Under the pieces are notes generated by a model that saw only the letters and a program-made list of their open reading frames with translations, had not been told where the DNA came from and did no database searches. Of a stretch of DNA of 64,000 bases, positions 8,954 through 22,200 are shown piece by piece (the first letter of the stretch is position 1; each line of letters opens with the position of its first letter). Origin of the DNA: a virus. Its lineage: Duplodnaviria > Heunggongvirae > Uroviricota > Caudoviricetes. The DNA is taken from positions 192,001 to 256,000 of the IMG/VR virus record IMGVR_UViG_3300025015_000009; one strand, written 5' to 3'. The translations under genes were made by a program, and so were the position numbers.

Positions 8954-10675
8954 ATGAGTGAGAATATACTCCACAATTACGCTACATACACATACAGTTT
9001 AGCACTAGCTATTATTTCTCCTGGCCAATTCAATGGGTTACCGTCTCCTTGCATGGAAGGAAACGTAATAGCAGCGAGTGCAGGCAGATACCCAAAAGGT
9101 AGAGATGGTGCATTTGCAGGAACTGATTTCTTTTTTGAAGACACAAAGATAGAAACAATCATTGCTTGTAATGCACAAACAAAGATGTCAAACGTAGTAA
9201 AGATGGAATTTAAGATCGTAGAACCAATGGGGATGACGTTTTTCAATCGACTTATAACTGCGGCAATGGCAAGAGGAACAACGTACTTAGAGTGCCCGTA
9301 TCTGATGGAGGTGTGCTTCTTTGGATACCCAGGTCAGAGCACCTCCCCAACCAAAATACCGTCAACGAAATACATTGCGGTTAAGATAGTAAAGTGTGAT
9401 CTCCAGGTGTCAGCGAAAGGCGCCGAGTACACAATAACTGCGGTACCATATAATTATAGTTCGATGACACAAACAATCGGCACTATCCCGTACAATTATA
9501 ATATTCAAGGCGAAACAGTAGACGATATATTTAAACCGGCGGATTCTCATTTGAGGAATAGCTTTACTAAAGCAATGAACGATTACTATTCATTGATGGT
9601 AGAAAAAGAACACGCAACCATGACAGAGTCGATTGAATTTGACATTCCAGGTGAAATAAAAAGTTCAAAAATAGTAGAGTCTGCTGAGATGCCGATTACT
9701 ATGATTTCTATAGACAAAGACTATACTGGGAATCAGCCGCCTGCACAGTCGATGGTTAAAACGTTTCCAGCAAACAAAGGAACATCGATTGTTAATTTTC
9801 TGAGTCTCGTAATTAGGAACTCTGATTATATTAAAAAACAAGCATTGGATTTTGATGAGAAGACAGGTCCGCATGGAAAGAGTGGCGGAGTTATAAAGTG
9901 GTTTAAAGTTGCACCAAACACGGTATTGACGGTAACAGATCCTGCTCAGGGTAGAATCTCTCGTAAAACAATATATAAAGTTATCTTGTATGATATGTAC
10001 AACACTGTTCATCCGACTATGCCAGTTGCAGCCGGAGCTCCTATTTCTAAGGAATACAATTACATCTTCACTGGGAAAAACAAAGATATCTTAGATTTTA
10101 ACATTCAACTAAACAGTTTGTTTTATCAGTCGTTGGCGGCATTTCCTAAGGGAGCAAGACCGACTACGCCATGGAACAAGCTAGTAGACACACACGAAAA
10201 AGATCATAATATGAACAGTCAACCGGCTATAATATCAATGATACAGGAAAATCTAGGCACAATCGGGTTGCCTAAAATGGTTGAACAGTTTACAACTCGA
10301 GTAACATCAAATATCAACAACAAACGAGAGCGGGTTATCGAGGACTTCACAAAAACAATCATGGAAGGACCTGGTGCCGACCTAGTTCAGCTAGATTTAA
10401 AAATTGTAGGTGATCCGGACTTTATTAAGCAAGACGATATATACCACAAAGCTGGCGACGGAGCTGGCGACAGTGTACCAATGAACACAAGTGAAGTGTT
10501 TGTTAAAGTGAGTTTTAAATCACCAGTCGACTATAATCAGGGATCTGGCATGGCAGACGCTGGGTCTGCCAGTGAGTTCAACGGAACGTATAGGGTAATA
10601 TCGGTTGAGAACATATTTTCAGGTGGAAAGTTTGAACAAGTACTAAAATTAGTCAGAGTATTCTTGCCTAAGTAA
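8954..10675 (+). CDS. baseplate hub protein (gp27-like)
   Basis: Lies between gp53 and the spike; C-terminal LKIVGDPDFI...GTYRVISVENIFSGGKFEQVLKLVR hub-type pattern. Confidence 0.6.
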   Translation: MSENILHNYATYTYSLALAIISPGQFNGLPSPCMEGNVIAASAGRYPKGRDGAFAGTDFFFEDTKIETIIACNAQTKMSNVVKMEFKIVEPMGMTFFNRLITAAMARGTTYLECPYLMEVCFFGYPGQSTSPTKIPSTKYIAVKIVKCDLQVSAKGAEYTITAVPYNYSSMTQTIGTIPYNYNIQGETVDDIFKPADSHLRNSFTKAMNDYYSLMVEKEHATMTESIEFDIPGEIKSSKIVESAEMPITMISIDKDYTGNQPPAQSMVKTFPANKGTSIVNFLSLVIRNSDYIKKQALDFDEKTGPHGKSGGVIKWFKVAPNTVLTVTDPAQGRISRKTIYKVILYDMYNTVHPTMPVAAGAPISKEYNYIFTGKNKDILDFNIQLNSLFYQSLAAFPKGARPTTPWNKLVDTHEKDHNMNSQPAIISMIQENLGTIGLPKMVEQFTTRVTSNINNKRERVIEDFTKTIMEGPGADLVQLDLKIVGDPDFIKQDDIYHKAGDGAGDSVPMNTSEVFVKVSFKSPVDYNQGSGMADAGSASEFNGTYRVISVENIFSGGKFEQVLKLVRVFLPK

Positions 10676-10688
10676 CAGGAGTAACAAC

Positions 10689-12356
10689 ATGCCATTGGAT
10701 AGACTGCACGGAAGTGCAACAGAAAAATACGATTACGACGAAGCAAGACGATCATTAACAGGGAACCCTCAACCTGTTCACGGGGTCTTTATTGGGATCG
10801 TTAAGAACAACATCGACTCTGCTAGACGGGGTCGTCTACAGGTGTACATCCCTGATCTCGGAGGCCCTCCTGATGAGTCGGTATCCTGGCGAACTGTTAA
10901 CCATGCTGGGCCGTTTGCTGGTTCTACGGGATTTGAAAAAGTACAACCAACAAATACTCATCCACAGGTACCTCATACATACGGTATGTGGTTTGCCGCG
11001 CCCGATATAGATAACCTTGTTTTAGTTACTTTTATTAATGGTGATGCTAACAGGGGGTACTGGTTTGCGTGTGTGCCGTCGACCTTAAGTCATTGGATGG
11101 TACCAGCTATGGGATCGACCTTAGATGCGTACAAAGAACCCGGAACAGAAGACGGTGTATCGGCAGTGCAGTACCCGGTGTGTGAGCATAATCCTGCACT
11201 ACCAGCGGTGAATGCTTATTCGACTTTTCCTAAGAACAAGAAGCCAGTACACAAAGTTCAGTGGAAGATTCTGTACTCGCAAGGATTAGAAACAGATTCT
11301 GTCAGAGGCACGATTTCCAGCTCAAGTCACAGAGAGTCTCCATCTAGAGTAACTGGGTTGAGTACCCCAGGGAGACCAGATCCAGACCGATCAGGGAAAA
11401 AACCGTACGACAAACAAATCAACACAAGAAAAGGTGGTCACACATTTGTTTTAGACGACGGAGATACTGCTGGGTTTGATCAGATGATCCGCCTCAGAAG
11501 TGCAGGCGGGCACCAGTTGATGTTAAATGACAAGCATGAGATTCTATATGTGGCTAACTCAGCGGGGACCGCCTGGTTAGAGTTTGATACTACTGGCAAG
11601 ATACATCTGTACGGTAAAGATTCTATTAGTCTGCGAACTGAAAAGGACTTTAATTTCCATGCCGATGCTGATATTAACATTCATAGTTACAAAACAATCA
11701 GTGTTTATGCTAAAGACGCAATTAAGATGGAATCAAAGTTGATACAGCTCCATGCAACAGAGAAGTTGCATGAATGGGGAAAGAAAGTAGAAATAGGATC
11801 TGGGACAATAATGGATATCCACGCTGTTGATCTATTAAACCAAAAATCTAAAGTAATTAAGATCAATGCGAGCGAACTGTTCCACCAATTTGGACAAAAA
11901 GTTGAACTTAAATCTGGAACCGACTTTGATATACAGGCAATAAATCAGTTGAATCAAAAAGCAGAAACGATTCAAATCGGGGCGTCAGTACAACTTACTA
12001 TGTCAGGACCGACTGTCGGAATGTCGGCATCCGGGAACATTAACGCACATGCAACAGGAACAGTAAACATACTAGGTGGCAGTGCATTAGTGCTTAAAGG
12101 AGCAATGACGTATATTAACTCTACTACTCCCCCGTCTGTTGCAGCCGCGACTCCTCCTCAGGTTACAACACCTACTCCTCCGGTTGTTGTGGTTCCAGTT
12201 ATTATTCCACAAATTCCTCAAGGGGAAACAGTAAAGACAGGCAAGATATGGAAGCACACTAGTAAGTTGAACTCTATAGTTAAAATAATGCCAACACACG
12301 AACCGAGTGATTCAGTGCATACAACCCGCGTGTCTGGTGCGCCAGGCCCATCGTAA
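10689..12356 (+). CDS. baseplate central spike (gp5/VgrG-like, no lysozyme domain)
   Basis: OB-fold GIVKNNIDSARRGRLQVYIP..PDIDNLVLVTFINGDANRGYW; GGHTFVLDD and beta-helix repeats. Confidence 0.8.
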   Translation: MPLDRLHGSATEKYDYDEARRSLTGNPQPVHGVFIGIVKNNIDSARRGRLQVYIPDLGGPPDESVSWRTVNHAGPFAGSTGFEKVQPTNTHPQVPHTYGMWFAAPDIDNLVLVTFINGDANRGYWFACVPSTLSHWMVPAMGSTLDAYKEPGTEDGVSAVQYPVCEHNPALPAVNAYSTFPKNKKPVHKVQWKILYSQGLETDSVRGTISSSSHRESPSRVTGLSTPGRPDPDRSGKKPYDKQINTRKGGHTFVLDDGDTAGFDQMIRLRSAGGHQLMLNDKHEILYVANSAGTAWLEFDTTGKIHLYGKDSISLRTEKDFNFHADADINIHSYKTISVYAKDAIKMESKLIQLHATEKLHEWGKKVEIGSGTIMDIHAVDLLNQKSKVIKINASELFHQFGQKVELKSGTDFDIQAINQLNQKAETIQIGASVQLTMSGPTVGMSASGNINAHATGTVNILGGSALVLKGAMTYINSTTPPSVAAATPPQVTTPTPPVVVVPVIIPQIPQGETVKTGKIWKHTSKLNSIVKIMPTHEPSDSVHTTRVSGAPGPS

Positions 12357-12371
12357 CTAAGGATATAATAC

Positions 12372-12740
12372 ATGGCAATATATAAAGGCTTCAGCTCAAT
12401 CAATAAACGTGGGAAATATCATCTTACTGACTTTGCGTTAGTTAGACAAGACTTGTACAATCATCTATACACTAAAAAAGGAGAACGAATAATGAATCCA
12501 AATTTTGGTTGTATTATATGGAATCTCTTGTACGAGCCGCTGACAGATCAAGTCAAGGATGCGATAGTTGAGAATCTTAAAGAGATTGTTGCTCTCGACC
12601 CGAGGATCTCAGCAGACAGTATTATAGTCAGTGAGTATGAGCACGGAATCATGGTTCAACTTGAGATTAGATACTTACAAACGAACGAAGTCGCAAGAAT
12701 GCAAGTTGAGTTCGACCAACAAAAAACCCCTACGTTTTAA
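12372..12740 (+). CDS. gp25: baseplate wedge subunit gp25-like
   Basis: TKKGERIMNPNFGCIIWNLLYEP...DPRI motif. Confidence 0.9.
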   Translation: MAIYKGFSSINKRGKYHLTDFALVRQDLYNHLYTKKGERIMNPNFGCIIWNLLYEPLTDQVKDAIVENLKEIVALDPRISADSIIVSEYEHGIMVQLEIRYLQTNEVARMQVEFDQQKTPTF

Positions 12741-12770
12741 CGATAAATACATTAACTATAAGAGACCATA

Positions 12771-15700
12771 ATGGCAAGAACTAATACACTAGTGGCAGAA
12801 GACTGGAAGAAAGTATACCAAACCTTTAAGGATGCTGACTTTCAGAGCTACGACTTCGAAACGTTGCGTAAGTCGATGATCGATTACTTGCGATTATACT
12901 ACCCGGAAGATTTCAATGACTTCATTGAATCCAGCGAGTATGTGGCTCTTGTTGATTTGATTGCGTACTTAGGACAGAGTCTAGCGTTTAGGACTGATTT
13001 AAACGCCAGAGAAAACTTCTTGGATACAGCCGAGAGACGCGACAGTATACTAAAATTAGCAAGACTAATTGATTACTCACCAAAACGAGCGGTTCCGGCC
13101 AGTGGATATTTGAAGATAGATACTGTGTCGACGACAGAGACAATTAAAGATTCGACTGGCATCAATATTACAAACATGTCGATCCAATGGAATGACCCAA
13201 CAAACGACAATTGGATGGAACAGCTAACTCTTGTGTTGAACTCTGCACTCATAAATTCGCAAATGATCGGCAAGTCAGGGAACTCGCAAGTGATTAACGG
13301 CATTAAAACAGACGAGTACACAATAAACCTAAATACAACTCAGTTGCCTGTGTTTAAGTTTGGGGCAACGGTGGGCGGGAACCAACTAACATTCGAAGCA
13401 GTGAGCGCAAGTAGTGCGGGTGCAGCAAACGTATATGAGATCCCACCTAGGCCCACTAACCTGTTTAACATGCTGTATCGAAACGACAACAACGGGAACA
13501 GTAGCATTAACACCGGGTTCTTTTTATACTTTAAGCAAGGAAACTTGCAAACCAGTGAGTTTACATTAAAAGATTCATTAGCAAATAGAGTCCTGCACGT
13601 AAACTCATCAGATATTAATAACGACGACGTGTGGATATATCGGCTATCGGGCGACAAACAAACACAAACCGCCTGGAAAAAAGTGCCTGCTATTGCTGGG
13701 GTGAACATTACATATAACAAAGAAACTGAACGAAACATATTTCAGGTGGTTACTAGAGCAGATGATCAAATTGACGTAGTATTCGGCGACGGCAGTTTCT
13801 CGAATATTCCTCAAGGGGATTTTGTTGCGTACTATAGAACCAGCGAGAATGTCGACTATAAGATTATATCGTCAGAGTTGCAAAACATTCACTTTAGAAT
13901 AAACTACACTAGTCGCTTAGGTAGAGATGAGATACTAACGCTGACTGCTAGTTTGCATTACACAGTTGCAAATGCCAGAGCAAAAGAAGATATAGAGAGC
14001 ATACGAACTCGAGCACCGCAGCGGTATTATACTCAGAATCGAATGATAACAGGAGAGGATTACAACTTATTCCCGTATTCGAACTTTGCCAGTATACTAA
14101 AGGTTAAAGCAACAAATAGAACTAGCAGCGGAATTAGCCGGTTCTTAGATGTAACTGATGTTACCGGAAAATACTCCAGCACCAGCATCTTTGCAGACGA
14201 CGGTATTTTATACAAAAATCAATTTGTTAAGCGTTTTGCCTTTACCTTTAATAGCTTTGTTGATGTGTATAAGACAATATATTCTAACTTGATAACTATT
14301 CTTCAATCCAGAGAGCTTAAACACTTCTATTACGATATATACAAAAACTATAAATCACCTGAGGACCCGTTGGTGCTGTACTATCAAATCACCGATTGCG
14401 CTTGGCACATAAGTAATTTACTGAACAACGGTGCAACAGGTTACTTTACTAACTCAACACAAGGAATATGGCAACTCGGATACGTAACATCAACTAAAGC
14501 GAAGTATCTGAAGGTTGGGTCGATTGTAAAGTTCAGAGCACCACCCGGATTCTTTTTTGATAACCATAATGACTTAGTGTCGGGAACCCCAGTGTACGAC
14601 AACGAACGATTATACTTGTATGCATCTATAGTTAGTGTTGTTGGTGACGGAACAAACGGTGGTGCCGGCAACTTCACTGACGGGTCAGGTCCAGTGACAA
14701 TCAATGTTAAGATCCCATCTGGCGCCATTGTTGACCAAATATATCCAGTCCTGAAGAACGATTTAACGTCTGACGAAATATTGCAGCTGATTACAAATTA
14801 CGTAACAGAGTACAAGAATTTCGGATTAGCGTATAACCCGAAGCTACAGCAATGGGAATCAATATCAGCAGAGAACTTAGATTTAGACTCTGATTTTAGT
14901 TTAACGAATTATGGAGATAAGTCTAGTTTGAATCTGGACTGTTCCTGGATTATTGCGTTTAAGTTTACCGGAGCAGAGTACGTTGTTTATTACAGGGGAA
15001 CAGATTTTATCTTTGAAAGCAAAGATCAGGTTAAGTTCTACTTCGACGAGAAGATTAAGGTGTTTGACTCGAAGTCTAGTAGAACAGTGTATGACCAGGT
15101 TGTGCTGCTAAAAAGCAACAGTAAACCAGATTCGACAGATGCAATGGACTCGAGCGTCGTTTGGTTTGTACATAAGAACATAGTAGAAGCCGACGGATAC
15201 GAGTTAACTAACAAGATTCTACTTACGTACCCAGACACAAACAGCGACAATATCCCAGATAATCCAGACATATTTGACATTGTCGTTAGCCCAGCTAACG
15301 TACCGACGAAGAAGCTAGTGTTTCAACAGCAAGTTATTCGGAGTGACTCGTTCATCGAGTACTCGCCGATTGACTATAATAGTGTTGTTGTTCGATTTAC
15401 ATCAAAAGCAGAGATAGAAGATGTGGTGCTCCTATATAATATAGGACAACTGTTTTATGTGCTGCCTGAAAATAAGTTTTATGTGTTAGATAACCCAGCA
15501 GGAAGTAGAATAGTAGTAGAAGCAACTGGGTACGTTGCTTTTGCAGGAAGAGACATGCTACTATTCCAGTATAAACATAATAGTCCGAACTACCGACGAA
15601 TTGATCCGTCACCAAATAATATTATTGACATATACATTTTAACAAAAACGTACAACGATTCGTACACCGCTTGGATTCAAGACACAACAAATACAGTGGC

Positions 15701-16172
15701 ATTACCAGCCGCACCTACTTCTGAGGATTTAGAGTTAGAATTTGCAGAGTTGCAGAAGTATAAAGCAGTGAGTGATGCAACTATTCTAAACAGCGTTAAA
15801 TTTAAACCGTTGTTTGGTGACAAAGCTCACCCGTCCTTACAGGCGTTCTTTAAAATTGTAAAGAATACGAACGTTATTATAAGTGACAACGAAGTTAAGT
15901 CAAGAGTAATCACAGCAATGAACACGTACTTCAGTGCTGAATTTCGAGACTTCGGTGAATCGTTCTTTTTCAGTGATCTAAGTGCATACTTGCATACAGC
16001 CGTTTCGCCGATATTATCGAGTATTATATTGGTCCCAAAAGCTGCTGAAGGGGTATTCGGTAGTTTGTATCAAATTAATACTGCTCCAGATGAAATCTTG
16101 GTTAACGCTGCGACGGTAGACGACATCGAAATAATTAGTTCTATTACATTGGCACAACTAACGCAAGGCTGA
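12771..16172 (+). CDS. gp6: baseplate wedge subunit gp6-like
   Basis: DFETLRKSM..ENFLDTAERRDSILKLARLIDY, FGDG, EDIESIRTRAP..QNRMITGEDY motifs. Confidence 0.85.
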   Translation: MARTNTLVAEDWKKVYQTFKDADFQSYDFETLRKSMIDYLRLYYPEDFNDFIESSEYVALVDLIAYLGQSLAFRTDLNARENFLDTAERRDSILKLARLIDYSPKRAVPASGYLKIDTVSTTETIKDSTGINITNMSIQWNDPTNDNWMEQLTLVLNSALINSQMIGKSGNSQVINGIKTDEYTINLNTTQLPVFKFGATVGGNQLTFEAVSASSAGAANVYEIPPRPTNLFNMLYRNDNNGNSSINTGFFLYFKQGNLQTSEFTLKDSLANRVLHVNSSDINNDDVWIYRLSGDKQTQTAWKKVPAIAGVNITYNKETERNIFQVVTRADDQIDVVFGDGSFSNIPQGDFVAYYRTSENVDYKIISSELQNIHFRINYTSRLGRDEILTLTASLHYTVANARAKEDIESIRTRAPQRYYTQNRMITGEDYNLFPYSNFASILKVKATNRTSSGISRFLDVTDVTGKYSSTSIFADDGILYKNQFVKRFAFTFNSFVDVYKTIYSNLITILQSRELKHFYYDIYKNYKSPEDPLVLYYQITDCAWHISNLLNNGATGYFTNSTQGIWQLGYVTSTKAKYLKVGSIVKFRAPPGFFFDNHNDLVSGTPVYDNERLYLYASIVSVVGDGTNGGAGNFTDGSGPVTINVKIPSGAIVDQIYPVLKNDLTSDEILQLITNYVTEYKNFGLAYNPKLQQWESISAENLDLDSDFSLTNYGDKSSLNLDCSWIIAFKFTGAEYVVYYRGTDFIFESKDQVKFYFDEKIKVFDSKSSRTVYDQVVLLKSNSKPDSTDAMDSSVVWFVHKNIVEADGYELTNKILLTYPDTNSDNIPDNPDIFDIVVSPANVPTKKLVFQQQVIRSDSFIEYSPIDYNSVVVRFTSKAEIEDVVLLYNIGQLFYVLPENKFYVLDNPAGSRIVVEATGYVAFAGRDMLLFQYKHNSPNYRRIDPSPNNIIDIYILTKTYNDSYTAWIQDTTNTVALPAAPTSEDLELEFAELQKYKAVSDATILNSVKFKPLFGDKAHPSLQAFFKIVKNTNVIISDNEVKSRVITAMNTYFSAEFRDFGESFFFSDLSAYLHTAVSPILSSIILVPKAAEGVFGSLYQINTAPDEILVNAATVDDIEIISSITLAQLTQG

Positions 16173-16215
16173 TTTTTAGCGTGGTAAATATAGTTATACT
16201 CAGGGTTTAAATCAG

Positions 16216-19200
16216 ATGGCATTTAAAACAATAGACTTCCTACCAGATATTTTCAAGAGCGAAGCCAATAAAAAGTTTCTAGGAGCAACGTTAGATCAGG
16301 TAGTTTCTCAGCCTGAGTTTACAAAAGTAAATGGCTACATAGGAAGAAAACTTGCTCCCACATACAAATCATCTGATAACTACTTACTCGAAGACACTAA
16401 AGATCGAGCAAACTATCAATTGGAGCCTGGTCTTGTAATCTCAGACAACAATAATAATATCTACTCGTTTACTAGCTACACCGACTTAATTGGGAAGATT
16501 TCTTTTTATGGAGGAATAGTAAATGACCATTCGAGGTTGTTCTCTAGTAATTACTATTCGTATGGTGATATCTTTGATCTTGACAAGCTGGTAAACTTTA
16601 GCCAGTACTACTGGATGCCAAACGGCCCGCCGATTATCGATATCTTCGCAAGCGGAACGACGTTGGTTGATACGTTCAATATTACTCATGCAAGTAATAA
16701 CTTGTACGTTAACAATAAGATAGGTTCACCGAACACCAATATTGTTGTTGCTCGTGGAGGGAATTACACTTTCACTGTGGATCCTGACGTAAACGGGAAA
16801 TTATGGATACAAACAAACTCATCACCAACCGGAATTATATATAATTACCCGAACCAGTCTTCTAGACAAGTATACGGTATTACAAATAACGGAGCCCCGT
16901 ATGGCGAGATTACGTTCAGCGTACCTAATGTAACAGATCAGCAGTTTTATGAGAATTTAGCAGATGCCGGAGTGGTTGACTATGCAACCAGTGTTCCCTT
17001 TGTTGACATTAACAATCATTTACTATCAACGTTCAATGAAAAGTGGATTGGGTTCGACGGAGTAACAACTGCGCTTCATGGTAAGCATTTAATATTTGTA
17101 AATCACAACGATTTATACGATAAGAACGATCTGTGGAAATCGTACTCTTTGTACGACAACGGGGTATACGAGGATCTAACTTTTGCAGATGAGCAAGAAT
17201 CGGTATTGTTTTCAAATAGAGGTAATATCTGGAGAATATCGTTGGTTCCTATTAACAACGGAGCTGACTATGTTATCCGATTAACACAACTTGATGTATT
17301 TGAACCAAGAACTAAACTGTCGGTTTTAAACGGTCAGCAGAATGCAGGTAAAGCGTTTTATAAAGACTCGAGCGGATACATAGCTGAAGTTCCATTGATA
17401 ACTGCACCGTTAAGTTCGTTGTATTATGTGTACAGCGACAACGATACTCTAATCTCTGGCAAAATCATAATTGTTGCTCCTGATTTAACAGAGATTGACG
17501 TCGAGCGAGACATACTGGGACAATCTAATTACACCAGTCCGAATGATGTTGCTTTCTCAAATGGAATGCGAATTCGATTTAGCTCTACCGTTATCCCTGC
17601 TAGTTACGAAAATGAAATATTTTACGTAGAACAAGTAGGCAAAGGTATTCGTTTAATAAATGAGAAGTCACTGTTTGTCACTGAATCGTTAACTGATAGA
17701 GATGTAGGAACAGTTCCGTTGGACATATTCAGCTTCGATGCTGACTTGTACGACGAGGCATACAACTCGGCGAAGATTCCAGATTTTATTACTATTAACA
17801 GGTCGTCTATCGACGGTAACTCGTGGTCAAGAAGTAACAGATGGATACACAAGAACGTAATCGAACAAGCTGCTAGGTTTAACAACGAATCGCCGATACT
17901 TGACCAAGACTTCAGAGCACTCCGCCCTATCATTGAGTTTGATCCTGATATCTTGTTGTTTAATCACGGGCGAGAAATAAAAGGCCAAGTTGACATATTA
18001 GACCTGACTACAGTAACTGACGCATTCAACAGTATGTCAGGAGCGATTACTTTTAATCATTTCGGCATTACGCTAAAAACAGGAACAAGAATAATCTTTG
18101 CAGCTGACGTTGATCCAGCAGTACGGAATAAGATATACACTGTGCATCTGGTTGTTGACGACAACTTGACAAAGATTCAATTGATTCCTGATGCTGACGT
18201 GTTGCTCCCGTATCACAGTATTGTGCCGATGCAAGGGGTAAACAAAGGAAAAACATACTGGTACAACGGAACCATCTGGATCGAAAGCCAAAGAAAAACT
18301 GCAACAAATCAAGCACCGAGATTTGACATCTTAGATAACCAAGGAATGTCGTTCGGTAACGACGCGGTTTACCCAGGAACGACGTTCAATGGGAACACGC
18401 TATTTGGTTACGCAAAAGCAACAACTACGCTCAGAGATCCGGTATTGGGGTTTGCAATAAAATACAAAAACATTAGTAACATTGGTGATTTAGAGTTTAC
18501 TAATTATTTCGATGTAGGCACATTTGACTACTTTACTACTCTTGTTCGGAGTGATAAAAGAACAGCCCGAACATCAACTGGAAATATAAACAAGATTACT
18601 AATCGAGCAACATTGCGGAATAGCTCGATGTGGGAAATCGTGGCAGAAAAATCAAAACAACATCAGATTTTTACGTATGCGTACACACAGTATAGCAAAT
18701 TTCAAGTTGATATTAGACCCAACAGTTTAGTTAGTCACGTTGATCTTCGAGTATATGTAAACTCGGTGTTGCTTCCGTCTGCGCTGTACGTGTTCAACGA
18801 CACAAACGAGAATATGATGTTCGTTGATGTTAATTACGACTTTATTGAAGGCGACAAAATCGACATCTTAATTCATAGTCGAGAAGTTTCGTCTACAGCG
18901 TACTACGAAGTTCCACGCAACTTAGACCTGAATTCTAAGAATTCAGCATTTGATAGTTTAACGCTGGGTCAGCTACGGAATCACTTAACAACGGTTGCAA
19001 CAGTAACAACAGGGTTCCTAGGAGACAAACTAGGAGCAAACAATCTTAGAGATCTCCACTACAGTATAAGCGGAGGTGATATATTGTTGCAGCAGTCACC
19101 TGTTATTTACAGTCAGCTTTTCTTATTAGATCCTGTGTTAAATTTTGTTGACAGTGTTGAACATGCACAGAAAGAATATGCAAAGTTCAAGTATAAGTTC

Positions 19201-22200
19201 TTAGATGCAGCATTGTCTCTTCAAATGGAGTCGATTCCGTCTCCAGTGCAAGCTGTTGATATGCTGTTAACTGAATTAAACATAATCAAGAATAATTCGT
19301 TTCCGTGGTATTATAGCGATATGCTACCGTACGAATCATCGTTCGCAACAACACTAAGTTATGTCATACTGAACTCTGAAATAACTGATTACGAAATGTC
19401 TGCTGAGTTCGATAAAAATAAACTCAGTAACAAATCAGTTCTTGTGTATTACAACGGAGTGCAACTAATTCATGAGCGTGATTATATTTTCAGAGAAGGG
19501 TTTCCAATACTTCGCTTGTTGGTTGAAACGCAAGTTGATGATACATTACAAATTGTAGAGTATAGCAACACCGACGGCTGTTATGTGCCTGAGACTCCGA
19601 CTAAGCTCGGGGTATTTCCCCGGTTTGTACCTGAAATCAGATTAGACGACACGTTCTCAGTACCGCAGCGGGTGATAATCGGCCACGACGGTAGTGTTAC
19701 TATCGCATTCAACGATTACAGAGACGATTTGTTATTAGAGTTAGAGAAGCGGATATATAATAACTTAAAAGTAACGTATAATACTGACTTCTTTAACATT
19801 GCATCGGTGGTCCCAGGCAAGTTCAGAACCACTGATTACAGTAAGACAGAATTCGACAAGATATTGAGTCGTTTATTTTTAAAATGGGTAGGTAACAATC
19901 GAATTGATTTTTCTACTAACTCGTACTTCACTGGGACCGATCCTTGGTCGTGGAATCACAGCGGGAACACCGACAAAATAACAGATGAGTTTCTGCCAGG
20001 GTTCTGGCGCGGAATTTACCATTACTTCTACGACACTGACACGCCGCATATAACCCCATGGGAGATGTTGGGATTGACAGTGAAACCAGACTGGTGGGAA
20101 ACACAGTACGGTCCTGCTCCGTATACTGGTGGAAACTTAGTAATGTGGCGTGATTTAGAGAAAGGGTTGATAGTCGATGGCCCTGCTGCAGGCATCGTTC
20201 CGGAGTTTGCGCGTCCTGGACTACTTCGTGTTATTCCTGTTGACGAAAATGGTCGATTAAAGCCGCCTAGTGAGTTTATAATGAAGTCGTATGACCCAAC
20301 TAACTTCTCTACAAATTTTGTATTTGGAGATCGTGGTCCAGTTGAAGCAGCTTGGCGCAGAAGTAGTGACTACCCGTTTGCACTTCAAATTGCCCTTGCA
20401 TTAGCAAAACCCGCTCAGTACATGGGCAACTGCCTGAATATTAGTAACTTTACTTACAATGCTCGGTTAGGGCAACTTCTAACAGCCCGTCGCGAGGTGC
20501 TATCCCCGTCGGTTATCGAAATTAACGGAGAGATAGTAAACGGAGTAGTAACACGTAATGCCGGATATTTAAATTGGATTGTTGATTGGACCAAATTGTT
20601 AGGTATTGATGGCCCGTTGAAAGTCCGTACAGTGTTAGACAAGGTAGATGTAAGACTAGGATATAAATTAGCTGGGTTTACAGACCATCGATACCTGGAG
20701 GTCTATGCAGAGCAAAGTAGCCCAACTAGTCTCAGAGAGTCGATTGTTGTACCGAACGAAAGTTACAAAATTTACCTGCACAAATCGCCACCAGTTATTA
20801 AAGCGACGTACAGTGCTGTTATTGTAGAAAAGTCTTCAAACGGGTACAGTGTCAAGGGATACGATGTGATGCATCCGTACTTTACTATACTGCCCAGCAT
20901 AATTAACTCGCGCAACAACAAGATTAGTGTAATCAACGAAGTCGGAACAATTTATTCTGAGTTTGAAGATCGAGAGGTTGACTTTCCGTATGGTACCGAA
21001 TTCACAACAAAACAGCAAGTAGTTGACTTCCTAACTAGTTACCAACGCTATTTACAAAAGAACGGGTTTGTATTTGAAACATGGAACCCTGATCTAGAGT
21101 GCCTTAAAGATTGGACCTTATCGGTTAAAGAGTTCTTAACGTGGTCTCAACAAGGATGGAACACAAACGACTTGATCGTGTTAAGCCCGTTTGCTGAGCA
21201 ATTAACATTTAAGTCGGGGAACTACTTTGTTGACGAAGTTAAGAATCAAAATAACCGGTCTAAAGTATTAGATCAGAATTTCATGCCAATTAAGGCAGCA
21301 AACTTCTCTATAGTTAGAGATGACGACGTGTTTACGTTAACTGCTCCGAACCAAACTATCGCATATGCAGAATTGCATCTTGTGCAGTTCGAACACGCGA
21401 TAGTTTTCGACAACGAAACATTGTTCAAAGACGTTATATACAAACCAGAATCTGGGAATAGACAGTTTAGACTTAAACTTGTTGGATCAAAAACCAGTAA
21501 CTGGACTGGTCGCTTATCTCCTGGCGGATTTATATATAACGATGCATATGTTCCTTCCTGGCAGCCAAGCACCGATTACAAAAAAGGAGAGCTGGTCGAA
21601 CATAAGTCTGTGTACTACGTTTCCCCGGTGAATATTATTGCACAAGACCAATTCGATTTTACTCAATGGCAGTACGTAGATAAGAAAACATTAAAATCTG
21701 GGTTACTTCAAAATTTCTCGTTACATGCTCAGAAGTTTGAAGAGTTCTATGACATAGATACTATCGGATTAAGTGAGAGTGTTAACGTGTTTGCAAAAGG
21801 AGTCATTGGATTTAGACCACGCCAGTACCTGTCTGATCTCGGACTCGATAGTACAACGCAGCTAAAGTTTTATCAAGGATTTATCAGAGATAAAGGAACA
21901 GTTAGTTCGTTGGAGGCGATGAAATCAGCAACATTCAACAACCTTGCCAATGAAGTTACAGTGTATGAAGAGTGGGCGCTTCGTATGGGGGATTATGGCG
22001 GAGTAGACCACAATCAATTTTTTGAAATCGCACTTGATAAAGGAAAATACTCTACAGACCCAGTTACACTAGAGTTGTTAAACGACACAGACACAGAACA
22101 AAGTTTAGTCATCGGAGTCAAGAAGAAACACCTGTACAAACAGCCAACAGTATTTAATAAAAACTTTGTTCAGACTAGATCTCGAGAGTCTGTTCTCGAG

